In this document: positions 25,701-39,145 of the stretch, piece by piece | Numbering within the stretch: position 1 is the stretch's first letter | How the letters are laid out: each line of letters opens with the position of its first letter | Source: Lama glama | Taxonomy: Eukaryota | Direction of reading: 5' to 3' | DNA: 64,000 bases | Assembly (NCBI GenBank): GCA_028534125.1 | Contig: CM052817.1 | Span: 31,560,001 to 31,624,000 of the forward strand | Position numbers and translations under genes: made by a program | Notes under the pieces: model-generated | Seen by the model: only the letters and a program-made list of their open reading frames with translations | Database searches by the model: none | What the model was told of the DNA's origin: nothing

Positions 25701-28700
25701 GGCATTATTTGGGAATTAAGAAGGTGCCAATTTACATATTTGCTTTGTCTTAGGTCCACTGTGTTTTTAAGGTACATTGATGAAACTATATTAGATGCTG
25801 AAGCATCATGAAATGGGGTCAGATGGTGTTTCTAAATTATGTGTAACAACAGCTAAGATTTAGTTAGCTTTTTTGTTCCAAATCCTACACTTAGTCAATG
25901 TCTTCAGTTAAGAGTCTACAGTAATATCTGAATCTCTTTCCTGAGTAAGAACTAGAACATCCATCTGCATAGTACGGATGGATTCATTTTACCTAAATGC
26001 ATTCTTTACCACTTCCCTGCCATTTTGTGTAAACTTGAGACCAGCAATTTGGCTTTTTAGTGTCCCAAAAGGTTCATGTTGACTATAAACTTGGAGTTTA
26101 CACTGTGTACTCCCTATTCTCCATGGTTTATTTTAAAAACGATAATACTTAAACTAGTTTACTCACATTTGCATCCTGAGAAATGTCCATCTATGCTTAA
26201 CTTTTGCTCTGTCTTCCAATCCTCTTCCTATTCCTGACTTTTAAAGACATTTCTCCCAGCCTCCCACTGACTCAATTCATTTAATTGCCTTTGTGTGGTC
26301 TTTTCAAGATCACTTTGAAAATCACAGTTTATCCCTAGCTTCCATAATTATTTAATGCCCTTGAAGAACTCTAGTGAATTCGTCAAACATAATTCCTCCC
26401 TTACAAGGGAGGAGCATATCCTCCCAAAGGATCATATTTGCCTAAAAACTGTAAAATCCACTTTCTCAACACACACACTCATGCAGAATTTATTTTAGAT
26501 TCCACTTGTGATTCCAAGAAAATTTCCAGACACTACACTAAATCTACCATCTGATTCTCAGCAAGCCATTATCCTCTACGAGGCTCACTTTACTCATCTA
26601 TAAAATAGACATAATATAGATACCCTCCACTAAAGAGAACAAGCCATCTCATCACTTATGAGTGCGTATGAAATAGCCTGGGAAAAGCTCAAAGTCCTTT
26701 ACAAGCATTAGGCCGTGAACCTCTCTGAAGTGGACTGTTAATTAGGTGTCATTACGCTTTGTTTAATAGATGGAAAACCCAAGGCATGGCATAATACCAA
26801 TTAAGAGCTGACTTCAAAATTGAGACCAGGCTTTAAACTTTAGACAGAAAGACGTCAGGGGAAAACTCTGAATAAGAATTTACTCCGTTCCAGTTCTTTA
26901 TCAAGAAACCACATTAACACAGAATTCTCTCCTGTTACTGGTTGCCCTGCCCCTCCTACTTCCTCATGCAGTCCAGGAATGGGGAAACAGATGGGAGGGT
27001 TGGAATTTTCTGCTGAACACATAATGCCTTTCCCTGCTTACAGAAAGGTTCATGAAACCTAGACTAGGTACTAAGGGCAAATGTAGTTTCACAGATACCA
27101 TAAAAACCTCTCCATTTTTTGCTACTGATCCCTGGAAACTTTTCCAACCAGACATCCAACAAAATAAAATGAGGCTACAGACATTTACCAACCAGACACA
27201 GCCTCACAAATGAACCTGTCAGGTTACCCTGGCTTTATTATCTGATCTACAGCTGGATACACAGCCTCGATAACTCAAAATAAACTTTCACACAAAGGAG
27301 ATACTGTGAATCCAAAAGGTACAAAAAGAGGTATGGAAACTTTATATAACTTCAGCTAGCCAGTGAGCTTTTTCAGATTATTATTTTGTGTCCCTCTGAA
27401 AATGATTAACAGAAACTAGAAACCCTTTAATCCAAGAGTGGTATTTTGAAAACTATTTTCCAAGGAAACAATCCCCCAAAGAGAAAAATGTATAGCAACA
27501 CTACTTACTTCAAAACAAAACAAAACAAAAAAACCGCATGTCCAACAGTTGGAGAGTGGGTCAAAATATCATTGCATGTTAACATGACAGACTGTCACCT
27601 AGCTATTAAATGATAATCATTCCTAAAAGAAAATGTCTATTTGAAATAATGTTACCCAAAGAACACTATGCCTGAACTAATTATAACCTCATAAAGTAGC
27701 TGCATACACACCCCTACACACACACACATACATATACGTAAAGATTACAGTATTTGGAGTTACAGAAATGGTTGCACCTAATGCTCCTTAGGCTAATTAC
27801 TTGCTAGAAAGTTGCTAAAGATTTCTGAAAAGTCAAATGATGATAAAGATGACCGAGAAGGAGTTCACCAAGATTCTCCCTGGAATAGTTTTACAGTCAT
27901 TTTTAATCTCTTTCGTGTAAGCTTCAGTATTGCTTACGTTTTTTAACAATGAATATATAAAACTCTGTAAAATGGCTTTTTTTTTTTTTTAATGATGGCA
28001 GGGAGAGTTCAGAGAGCACAGTGACAGATGGGGAATCTCAGTGGCATGGGGAGATCGATCCTTCGTCTGGGGGAGGGAAAGGGATACGCCACCAGCTCTG
28101 AGCCCAGAAACCTCCAGCTATGACTCCAGAACCTAAGAATTCTTGGATGCAACGCTTCTATAACTGGTTGAAATATGTGGCAAATAAGCTGACATTCCTT
28201 AAAAAAATTTTTCTAAGCATTCATACCTAAATTTACATATCTAACAGCATCCGTTACTCAGTTAAATTGTATTTCTCTTTCTTTACATGGTTAAAGAATC
28301 AAGCATTTTTATCCCTCAAAGGGGGAAAATAAAAAAGCCAAGGGCCTTCTATGAAACAAAAATAACCCCAATGGTAAAAACTAACTTTACTGAATGCTTA
28401 AATTATATTTGCAGAAAAATAAACATTGAAATCACTACTTTGTAGGGGGAAAAAAGCCACAATTTAATTTTGGGGGTAGTCATGTGAGATCCTACAAGTT
28501 GTGGTTGAAACCTAATACTGGGGGAATACATGAGGGCATGACAGCTTCTAAGGAAATAGCCAACAGAAAGACACTGCTGGAACTCTACTCAGGATAAAGA
28601 GAAGACACGAAAAGTCTTTCCTACACTAAATTAGGCTAGAACTTCACAAAAATTAGAACTTCACAAAAGTTAAAGACCAAAGGAGTAGGATATTTGACAG

Positions 28701-28804
28701 GCAGCTCTACATTATAAGTATTTCATATAGTATATGACCATTAAAAGTCTTTCACTTTGATACTCTACAGCTAAGCATTTCCAAACCTCTTAACCTTTAA
28801 AAAT

Positions 28805-29355
28805 AATAAACAAGTTTCTTCTGTATAGCACAGGGAACTATATTCAACATCTTGTAGTAACATATAATGAAAAAGAATATGAAAACAAATGTATATATAT
28901 ATATGCATAACTAAAACATTATGTCCTACACCAGAAATTGACACATGTAAACTGACTATACTGCAATAAAAAAAAGACTACGTGCTTCCAAAGATGGCCT
29001 TAAGAACCAAAAAAAAAGAGACATACTTAATAAGTGATCTGATGATTTTTTGTAATTTTTTATTTTAAAATAAAATTTCAGCTTTACAGAAAAAAAATTA
29101 AGGGAATAGATAAAGTAGTTTCCAATGACAATCAATCAATCAATGGCATGTAGTTACAAAAGGAAAAAATATATATTGCTGAAATCCAAAGAGATCTGCC
29201 TCCTTTAGAAATTTATATAAAACACCAGACTAAAGAATATGAAAACTAATATATGTATATTTATGTATAACTGAAAATTTGTGCTATACACCAGAAATTG
29301 ACACAACATTCAAAACTGACTATAACTCAAAACAAAATAATAATAATAAATAAAA
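28805..29355 (+). mobile_element. Two short cetartiodactyl-type L1 3' ends (~28805-28975 and ~29233-29355)
   Basis: 'ctgtatagcacagggaactatattcaa...acaccagaaattgacaca...actgactata'; the second is flanked by the repeat 'accagacta'. Confidence 0.75.
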
Positions 29356-30035
29356 CTTACCAGACTAGACAACCTAATCAGCACACACTTCCCTCCCTCC
29401 TCCAAAAGCCACTCTTCTTAGCCGTAAAAAATAAGACAGTCACAACACTACGGTAAGAAGAAATACACGAGTGGAAAATAATAATAATAAATATGTCCTT
29501 TCCAGAATGTTTTCAGTGAGGATTATTTCCAAATAGTATGAATAACAATACACTTGGGAAAACTTCAACTGAATATACTATGGCTTCAGTCTATATAACC
29601 AAAGAGAAGTGAAAGTCTAATCAAGAATTTGATGAATTTAGATGACCAGATACAACTTGGATAATTATGACCAAATATATACATTTTTTAAACTGCCATG
29701 TGTTCACAATTATCTGGTATTTACCAGGCATGTGCTCTTCCCTAGGAGAGCTCACAATCCAGCTCTTCTGTCCAGAAGACAGAAAGAACTTCTGTTAATC
29801 ACATAGCACATGAGAGAAAAACTACACTGTTTCAGAAAAAGGGAAAGAGGGAAAAAGAGGTTGCAATGGCTCCAAAGGTTCTGTTTAGGAAAGGGAAGGA
29901 CGCCAGTGGAAGCACAGAGAGGAATGAGCATTGCAGGTATTTCCACTGGGCGAGCTTTCGATCGTAATGGTACCAAGTGGGTTCCTGCTGAGTAAGTGTT
30001 TTCTAACCATCTTATTCTTCATTGCCATCCTTCAG

Positions 30036-30151
30036 AAAGCAAGTCACCACTGTACCTGCTCCACTGGAGCAACTGCCAGCACTCGTGTTTTCTGTATTTC
30101 CAATGCACAGCCGCCACTGTGGGAGTATAGAGCTCTGCTGCTTCTGCACAG
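30036..30151 (+). other. Candidate 116-nt exon antisense to the minus-strand gene
   Basis: Branch point CTAAC (30003-30007), pyrimidine tract ending ccttcAG, donor CAG|GTAAGA. Confidence 0.4.
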
Positions 30152-30719
30152 GTAAGATGGTTTGGGAACAATACTCTTCCTGCTTCAGTGGAAGCTGACT
30201 CTTGTCATCATTACTCTGTGTATAAGCATAAGTCACATCGATGCCAAGCTACCGAGAGACAAGGCTGGAAGATCTCACTGCATTAAGGGAGCCTGAGGAA
30301 TGACTCTTAACCGGTTAAACAGGGTTGGGAAAGTTGTGATCATCCACGAGGAGCAGGGTAGTTCAGTCATCTCTGCTCAGCCCAGCCAGAAACAGGAACT
30401 TGGTGCACATTCCAAGAAAGGCATGAGCTTTGAAATGGGAAGAGAGGATGTTCTGCTGGTAAGGCAATTATGTGATAAACTGGCCTCCAGAAGGAAATAA
30501 TGATAACTTGGCTGCTAATGACATCAGGTCCACCTTTCAAATGAAAACATTAGACTTAGAGAAACTGAGCTTCACTGAAAGGTAAAACATTCAGAGGCCA
30601 AGGTGACAGAATGAGTCCCTCTAGACAAAGGGAATTGACCAGTAAGCCATATACTACTCAAGCCAGGGCTAAAGAGAGATTTTGCCACAAATACGTAGGT
30701 ATACATATTCTGAGAACAA

Positions 30720-31960
30720 AAAGGACTTTTAATTTTAAATATTTAAAATATGATTAGACTCGTGAAAACCTTAGTAGAAGGAGTAGACGATGATATTGAA
30801 AAAATCCCCCCAAAAGTAGAACCAAGAAATAAAAGATGGATATTAGTAAAGAAAAGGTAAGAAAATACCTAATATCCAGCCAAAAATATCTAGCATCTGA
30901 ACAATAACAGTAACAGTTTCTAAAAGAGACATGACAGAAAGTAGAGAGGAAGAAGTTATCAATGAGATAACTCAAGAAAATTTCCAAAACTGAGGGAGAG
31001 AGAGATTTCCAGATTTAAAGAACACAGCGCAATGGATGAAACCAGACCCAGACCACAGCACATCATGAAAATTCCAGGATCATGAAGGGCAAGAGAAAAT
31101 TCTATAAACCTCCAGAAAGAACAGGTTTGTAATACGTAGACAGGTTACAGGCAAAAATTAAGGAATCAGAACAATTCTGAATTTCTCAACAGCAAACCAC
31201 AAGCTAGAAAATGGTGGAACAATGCTTCAAGGGTTCCATCCTAGAAGTCTATACTCAGACAAACTATTAATTGTCCATGGAAAAGAGGTATTTTCAAGCA
31301 TTTTTTGTAAGATGAATAGACAAAATATGAATAGACACAATGAACAGAAAAAAAAAAAGACATCCTGTGCATTCATTACCTGAAAGCTCCTTGAGGATGT
31401 GATAAATCAAAACGAGGGAGTCTACAAGATAAAGACATGTGCTAGAGGTAACAGGAGATCCAGCGCAGGAGAGAAATGATGGGGATCCCCAGAGGGATGA
31501 CAACAGGAGGTCCTCAGGGTGGCATCTGTGTCCCATGCAGAGACGGCAATCAGTCCAGGCTAGAGCAGCCCAGGAGACTCAGGGAAGCTTCTTTGAGAAA
31601 ATGAAATTGACTGAATACCTAATGCATCTGACGGAAGATGTAGAAAACTGGCCAAGAGTTTTGGGTTGAATTAATGATGAGTATATTAAAAACTAAACAA
31701 GTGAGCAACAAAGCAATTAACCAAAATTACTGTTTAGCTATTGCACAGATGGGAAAATAGGGAAGTTGTGGTTATGTTGGGGATTAGTTAGAGGGAAAAA
31801 GAGCCAGGTCATCATTTTCCACAGTGGAAAGTCAACAGATAATGCTTCAAACTGAAAAATGCAAGAAGTATCAATCACAGGCAATAAATACCAAAATAAT
31901 CAGCTCAAAGAATCACAAGTGCTTGTTTCTGGAGAGGAAGAAATGTAACTTGTATTAAAA
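30720..31960 (+). mobile_element. HAL1 / old L1 ORF1-like fossil
   Basis: 'caagaaaatttccaaaactg...ttccagattt...ggaatcaga...tttctcaacagcaa' ORF1-like text followed by a HAL1-like 3' region. Confidence 0.65.
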
Positions 31961-33799
31961 GTTTAAAACTGAAAAAACAAAACCAAAAAAAAAAAATTGG
32001 CTTCTACAACCCTCTTTTTTGTTTGCTTTTGCTTTGTTTCCCCAATAACAATTTGGGAAAATTCCACCCTTGTTTCCCCTAAACAAAAGGAAATGTCATT
32101 TTTCTATATCCAGACCCCAGGAACGGTGGTCACCTGAGCTCTGCACAGTACAATGCAATGGGAAAATTAATAGGTATAATCCAATCCAAGGCAGGACTGG
32201 TTGAGCTAGGACAGAGACGAAAAAGCAAGCCCAGGTGGCCAGTTCGGAGGTGGAGGCAACTCCTAAGACTCTCTCCTCTGGGGTCCTTTCCAACAAAGCT
32301 ATTCTCCTGGCATAATCACATGGGACAGGGTAATTTGAGAACTGCCAGTAACGCTGGACCAATTTCACTCCTTTCTAACAGACTCCAATGCCCAATTTAT
32401 GACCCCAATCCAACAAGGCCGCTGGCCCCCAAAGCAGTTTATCTGGGTTCAGCTTCAATTACTCCACTTTGCCTGTGTAGACTAGATAGAAAGAGAGCAT
32501 AGTAGGGGCTCTGAAACAAGTGACAGCACCATCGACAGGTATTTACTGAGCATCATGCACCAGGTTGAGGGTCAACAGCCCTGCCAGCTATGTAGACCAA
32601 GTTTCTCTGCCCTGAACAGTAAGATGATTCTCCCTAGGGTGGGAACCCAGGACGGGTGGAGTAGGGTGGAAGCCCAGGAGCTGGAAGAGCTGGGGTGGGG
32701 AAGGGTGGCACCAACCGAGTCAACATGGAGGAACCTGTAGGCAGAGGTGTGCTTGGAGGCCCAAGGCCCAGGCTCCCAGCACTCTGTATACAGAAAAGAA
32801 GACCAGCAATTCTCCTCCAAGCAAAAAATGGCCAGACACTGCCTAAAACCCCATCAGCCACCCTGTCAAGGTCAACTTGGGAAGCAAAGGTCACCATTCT
32901 CTGAGCTCTACTATGATTTAATAAGACATAGCCCCTGACCTTAAGTATCTAGCTGCTAAGAAAACATGATGACTATCTTGATACAGAATAAGTAGGTAAA
33001 CAGGTTGACAGTGCTAGAACATATATTAATATTCTATTTATTTCCTATTTGGGAAGACGTGAAAATTCTAGTTCAAGGACCTATGTGGGGCAAAGGTGTT
33101 GCCAACTAGAGCACTGCACCAATTCGCATGTTTCCAACACTCGTCCTGTACGGTTCTACAAACCAAAATGTACACACCCTGTGGGAAGCATCAAAATCAT
33201 TAACATAAACCATAAACACAAGGCCGTCAGCATCCTGAGCTGGCAAGAGAATACAATGAGCAGACTGGATTGTTGGGAAAGTACAGGTCTTTCCTAAACT
33301 ATGAAAACGTACCTAAACTAAAAAAATATTTTCAAATATAAAATGAGAAAATTACACACACTTTTTTTCCTTATAAATCATGACACTCCGTACTACGTGT
33401 GATTCTTGCCAACTGAGCTACCAGCATCACAAACTAACCTGCTGAATCCTGAACTTATTTGGTAAACCCACTGGTTTCTTGGGGTTAACTCTCCCTCTAC
33501 AGATCTTCAGTGGAGAATTATCTAGAAGAGAGTAGATTCTCAGAAATTTCCTAAGAGGAAAAATGGGCACTCGCTGGAAAAACACAGGGTATATGCTCAA
33601 AACAGTTAACTATTTTGGATATGTTTCAAACCCACTTAGCCACGAGCCATCCTTTTGTTCCAACGTAACATTCAGATCTACCTTTCTAATCAAATATTCC
33701 AGTTTCCAAAGAATGGCAATAGATCAGACTGTTTACGAACCTGATACACAGCAACGTGTTATTCTTCCATGAAAACTAAACAAATCAAATCAAAAGGAA

Positions 33800-34930
33800 A
33801 ATTCAGGATCCGCGGGAAAGCGCACACTCCCGAGTCAAGACCTTAGCTTTTTCCAGTATATGTATTCACCGAACCCCTGTTTTCAAGACTCAAACACAAC
33901 TTCCCAGATAAAAAATGTGAGGCTGGTGGGGTGAGGCACTTGGACATGTCCAACTGTGAAAAGTCTCTGTGGATTCTGCCAACTTTCAATCAACACTGCG
34001 TTGGCGCCCAAACAGACAAGGGGAATCAGCCCCGCGACGCGGCTGGAAGTGAACCCAATGCTGAACTTGCCGCCGGGCAGCCTGGGCCCAAGGGAAAAAG
34101 GGGCGGGTGCTCCTCGGAAGAGGCCAGCGCCGGAGCTCAGGAGGCGGAGAGGCGGCGGCGGCCGCCGGAAGGCGCGGCTACGCCGGGACGCGCACCTGTC
34201 CCTTCCTGAACCGCAGGAGACAGGGGTCCTCACCTGGCGTGGCGCGCTCGCGCTCCCGGCGGCGCGGAGGGAAGAAAACCCTTCCTCGTTCCACGAGGGT
34301 CAGTCTCTGGGCTTGTGGAAGCCTACTCTCGCCGCGCGCATCCCGGTCCTTGACCCTTTCCCGCCCGGAGTGGCGCAGTCCCGGAGCCGTCCCGGAGCTA
34401 CCCCGGCCGGCCCGCGGCGCCCTTACCTGGCTGGAGCGCACCGGCTGCGCGGAGCCGTGGAGACGGTGAAACTCGGGCGCCGCCGAGTCCCGAGCCCCGA
34501 GCCTGGCGCCGCCGGCCCCGCCCCCGCACTCCCGGCCCCGCCCCGGCCCCGATCGCTCCGCCCCCGCTCACCGAGGCCGGCAGCGACCGGTTTCCACGGC
34601 AGCGCTGCGGTTCTCAGACGGGAGGCGGGAGTGGGTCGGACGCGCGTCCCGGCTCCGGCGACTCAGCCGGAGTTTCCAGGACGTCGCAGGAGCGTCCTTG
34701 GTGTTCTCCTTGGCTCTTTCCCCGGAGAGCCGCCCCGCGAGGACGCGGACACCCCCGGCCCGAGAGAACCCCGCGCAGTGCCACCTGTGGGTGACTGGGG
34801 ACTCTGTCGGAATTAGGGATCGCACCTCCCCTTCCGCTGAGTGGTGGCGAGCCAGGTGGGTGATGCGGCGCGGCCGAGCGTAGCAACGAGTTTTACCAAA
34901 AGAATGTGTATTTTTACTGTCGAACCGAAA
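33800..34930. promoter_or_regulatory. CpG island promoter, probably bidirectional
   Basis: Very high GC and CpG density against an AT-rich background; three GC boxes at 34516-34565, E2F TTTCCCGC at 34357, X-box-like 34590-34603; E-box GTCACGTG just outside at 34961. Confidence 0.9.
34427..34515 (-). other. Non-coding first exon of an unidentified minus-strand gene (5' end approximate)
   Basis: Consensus donor CAG|GTAAGG (plus-strand ccttacctg) just downstream of the GC boxes; alternative donors at 34572 (TCG|GTGAGC) and 34234 (CAG|GTGAGG). Confidence 0.6.
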
Positions 34931-35044
34931 GCAACAGAGCATATCTTATACACTTACAGGGTCACGTGTCCTCACTATTAATGTAGTGACACTTTATTTA
35001 CCCATTGAAGAGTAGAAAACTGCCCTTAGGTAAGACTGACTTTG

Positions 35045-35260
35045 TCCCAGGCGCTGTTCTAGGTACTTTATATGTATTAACATTTTTGTAGAGTTTATGT
35101 TATCAGAAATCTCCATTTTACAGAGGGTGAACGTGAGGCATAGAGAAGTTAAATAACCAGCCTGTTGTCACCTGACTAGTAAATTGAAAAGCTAGGATTC
35201 AGATCCCCGTAGTCCTCCTCCTAAATCTGTGCTTTAAACCACTGCTCTTCTGACTCACCA
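35045..35260 (-). mobile_element. MIR SINE
   Basis: 'ctccattttacagagggtgaacgtgaggcatagagaagttaaataac'. Confidence 0.8.
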
Positions 35261-37799
35261 AAATGTTGAGTGTCCACCACCTCCCATGCCTTGTTAAAGG
35301 CCTGGGGAATGCAAGATGAGGGCTCTGCCCTCAAGGAGCTTTTAGTCTAGTGTGAGGAGGACAGTAAGTCATCAATATGCAAGAAGCCATTGCAGAGGTG
35401 AGAAGTGTCCTGACTAAAAGTAGGAGGTTGGAATTCGGGGGGCGGGGGCAGCCGGCCACAGATCTAGGTGTCATGGAGGCTTCTCGGAGGAGGTGACAGT
35501 GGAGCTGGGAGCTGGCAGGACAGGCAGCCTGAAGATGAAGCTAAGGGAATGGCAAGTGCACTAATCATCATCATACTTCATACTTGTTGGAGACCGGAAA
35601 ACATGCCTTCCTATGTTCTCTCTCTTTTGATCGTCTGAGAAGTCTGACAAGATTCCACTTTCAAGGGGAAAAGAAATCTACCGATTAATGATTTGCTTAA
35701 AGTCACACAGTTCCTTAGCGAAAGGAAGAGGGGGAGGGACCAACCAACCTTTCTAATGCCACATCCTCTCCCTCAGGTGAAGGCCCCGGATTCCAACCTC
35801 CTACTTTTAGTCAGGACACTTCTCACCTCTGCAATGGCTTCTTGCATATTGATGACTTACTGTCCTCCTCACACTGAGTATAATGACCTGTCTCAGGATG
35901 AATCTAGTAAAATTTCTCTTTTGTGATCTGGTCTCCCAACCCCAGTCTCTTCTGCCTCCAGTTGACTAGTTAATATAATTTCCCCCAGTGTAGGTGTTTT
36001 TTGCTGGAGCAGAGGTCAGAAACCTTTTGAAAGGGTGCAAAAAAATGTGTGTGTGTGTGGAGAGAGAGAGAGAAAAAATTATATAATTATGGTAATAAAG
36101 TTGGTTTTCTCCCAAGAAAAATGCTCACATATGATATGTATAAGTGAGAGAACGTAGAACTTTCATCAAATTGATTGACCCAAGAAAGGTAAAAGTCACT
36201 GTCTTAAGGGGCTAACTGATATTGTGATGAGTAAAAGAACCGATTTCCAGCTTACTTTGCCTAGGCTTGCTCTTGGTGACTCTTGGTGGCGCGTATTTGC
36301 GACTTAATGGAAATGAGGCTCTCAAAGTTTATGAAGGTTGATTGAAAGGGAAGCAAATCCAGATCCTCATATAACCCCTTAATAAAGTTTAAAATTAAGG
36401 GAAGAGAATGCCTTATATGGTCACTCAGTTCTCAAGAAAACGAGAGAGTACTGATCTGTAAGCAAAACATCTAGATCAACGTAACTCTTTATCAGTGATG
36501 ATTGAGGTAGTTTCCACAGCGTTATACTGTTTCCTGAAGAAAGCATTTTTTACACTACCTATCAAGCAGTTTAAGTAGGTGGTTAACACCTGTATATCAT
36601 CCCCAAAGCATTTGGAGAGAATTAACATTAGTTTTCAACAGAGTGTTGTTAGAAAGAGAGAGAATGTCAGAAAGAAAAGGAGACTGTCAGAGAGCTTCAG
36701 CTACACTGATGAAAGGTGTAAAGCTGAACTCAGGATGTGGCAGGCTAAAAAAAAGTTTAATCTGTATTATTTCTTATGTGAAATGTACAATAGCTTTAAT
36801 GGAAAACAGAATACACAATTTAGGCTTATGTAACTCAGACTTCAATGTTGGGCCTCTTCAAAAGAATGAATCTGGTGGTGGGCCTGGAAAGATTTCTCCC
36901 TCTTCCTCCAAGAAGATTTAAAGAATGTTATTACTCCCTTCATTTTACTAAAACTGAAGTACAGAAAAAAGGGCATTTATGACTTCTTTGAGACAGGAAC
37001 TCCCTTCTTGCTAGATATCCACACAGCTTGTATAAGATATGTATGTTTAGGTGAGCAGTGTCAGGCTGACATAATTTTAGTTCCTTGAGAAAAGAAAATG
37101 TCTCTTTGTAACTTGCAAATAGATTCCACGTTGTGCAAAAGAAGACACACACAACGTGAAAAGTTTGTAAGTAAAGTGGTGTTTTGTATTTGGAGCATCT
37201 CCCATTCTTGTTTGTATATCTCTGGCTTCCTTTTGTAACACTCTTCCTACCCAGGGACCTGGCCCATTCTAAGTAAATAATAAATGTTCAATGAATGAAT
37301 GATTGCAACAATGATGCTAATAAAGCAGACTTTATCAGTTTTGTACAGAAAGCCTATTCCTCTATGAAGATTGTTGTGGTGGTATGATATGTCTGCCTCT
37401 CCTTCTATCATGTACTGAAAGTAATTGCTTCTTCGGAGCTAAATAGAAAGAAGGAAAGAGTTTTAAATGTTGGACACAAAATCAGAAATTGTACTCCTGG
37501 GAACAGTTGTTAAATAAATCATTCAAAAGAAAGAGCATCGTATACAAAGTATGTGTATAGATCATCACTCATAATAATAAATCAAATGTCCAATAATAAG
37601 GAAATGTTTAAGCAAAATATATCAGTGGTATGGAATCACAGATTGTCATTAAAAATAGTATCTGTTAAAAAAATAGAAATGTGGAAGAAAATTTATGAAT
37701 ATTAAATGAAAAAAGTAGAGCACAGTGCTTTACATATCTTATGATTACAACTAAATAAAAATTATGTGGGAATAAAATTGATGGTTGAAAATAAGAATT

Positions 37800-38040
37800 A
37801 TGACAGTTATTGAGGGGGTTCTTATGTGCCAGACTGTTTTAAGTACATTAGGTTAATTCATCTAATTCTCACAACAACTGCATAAGGTACAATAGCTTTG
37901 ATAGAAAACTGCATGCAGTTCTTATTTTCATTTTACAGATGAGGGAACTGAGGCAGAGGTCTAAGTAATTTGCCCAGTGTCTCACAGCCAGGATGTGAAT
38001 ATAAAACCGTGTGACTCCAAAGTTTGCAATCTTAAGCATG
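37800..38040 (-). mobile_element. MIR SINE
   Basis: 'cattttacagatgagggaactgaggcagagg...taagtaatttgccca'. Confidence 0.8.
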
Positions 38041-38573
38041 CAGAGCTGCCAGAGAAAATAAAGTTTGAATCATGGATCATGGTTTAAAAAAAAAAAACTT
38101 CCTTGTATAATGTTTTAATATTAATTTAAGACTAAGTAAAAATGTGTTAAATTACAGTTTAAAAAAAAGGCACAGAGATAAAATCAGATTATGCTCAGAA
38201 GAAGAGACAGATAAAAAAGTAAAATGAGGAGCATATTGAGTGAAGAAAAGAAACCATCTGGGTTTGACCAATTTATGTTTTGGATTAGGATCCAAATAGT
38301 GTTTCAAATGGGTTCAATATATCAACAAATTTATGGTTTATGAAGATTGAAATTAAATGAGCTATGTCACATAGAATGTTATATTCAGTATTACTAGTAT
38401 GACTGAAAGTGTATTCTGGCCTGATGGCTTTTACTTGGGGCTATTTCTTCTACCGAATACTCTAGCCCAGAATTTTATGAAGCTGCCTCCTTCTCAACAG
38501 TGGCAATTGTGAAAACATGATTATCACTGCATTAGCAGGAAGCTGAGAAAATATTGGTAAACAATCCCAACAA

Positions 38574-38695
38574 GGGGGAGGGTACAGCTCAGAGGCAAAG
38601 CACACACTTACCATGCAGGAGGTCCTGGGTTCAGTCCCCAGTACCTCCATTAAATAAATAAATAAGCCTAATTACCTCCCCCTCCCCCAACAAAA
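38574..38695 (+). mobile_element. Camelid-type tRNA-derived SINE
   Basis: gggggagggtacagctcag...gtcctgggttcagtccccagtacctcc; degenerate TSD aaacaatcccaacaag/aaatagtcccagtaag. Confidence 0.85.
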
Positions 38696-38794
38696 ATAGT
38701 CCCAGTAAGTCTCCCTCTTATGGTGGGACTTATGTTCTGGTGGGAATGTCAGTCATTTAAAAATGAATTTAGCTACAAATAATGATATGCCCTC

Positions 38795-39145
38795 ATGGTA
38801 GGATGAATAAAGGCGCCTCAAAGATGTTCACATCTTAATCCCTGGAACTCTTAAATATGTTAATTTACATGGCAGATAGGACTTTGTAGATGTGATTAAG
38901 TGAAGAACCTTGAGATGAAGAGAGGATCCTGGACTATCCAGGTGAGCCCAGTATAATCATGAGAGTCTCATTAGGGAGGCAAAAGGATCAGAGTGAGAAA
39001 AAGAGATGTGAGAGAAGCAGATGACAGAGAGCAAGAGAGGGACTTGAAGATGCTACACTACTGGCTTTGTAGATGAAAGAAGGGATCACAAGCCAGAGAA
39101 TACAGGCAACTTCTAGAAGATGGCAAAGGTAAGGAAACATGATAC
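38795..39145 (+). mobile_element. MLT1D-like LTR (3' truncated)
   Basis: 'aaagatgttcacatcttaatccctggaac...ggactttgtagatgtgattaag...gaagatgctacactactggcttt'. Confidence 0.75.

Noticed and set aside
33956..34816. 286-aa ORF and other overlapping ORFs in the CpG island
   Set aside because: GTG start, Arg/Pro/Gly/Ala-rich low complexity, no recognisable domain; long ORFs are expected in GC-rich DNA
36279..36292. Second CTCF-like motif ACTCTTGGTGGCGC
   Set aside because: Two mismatches at high-information core positions
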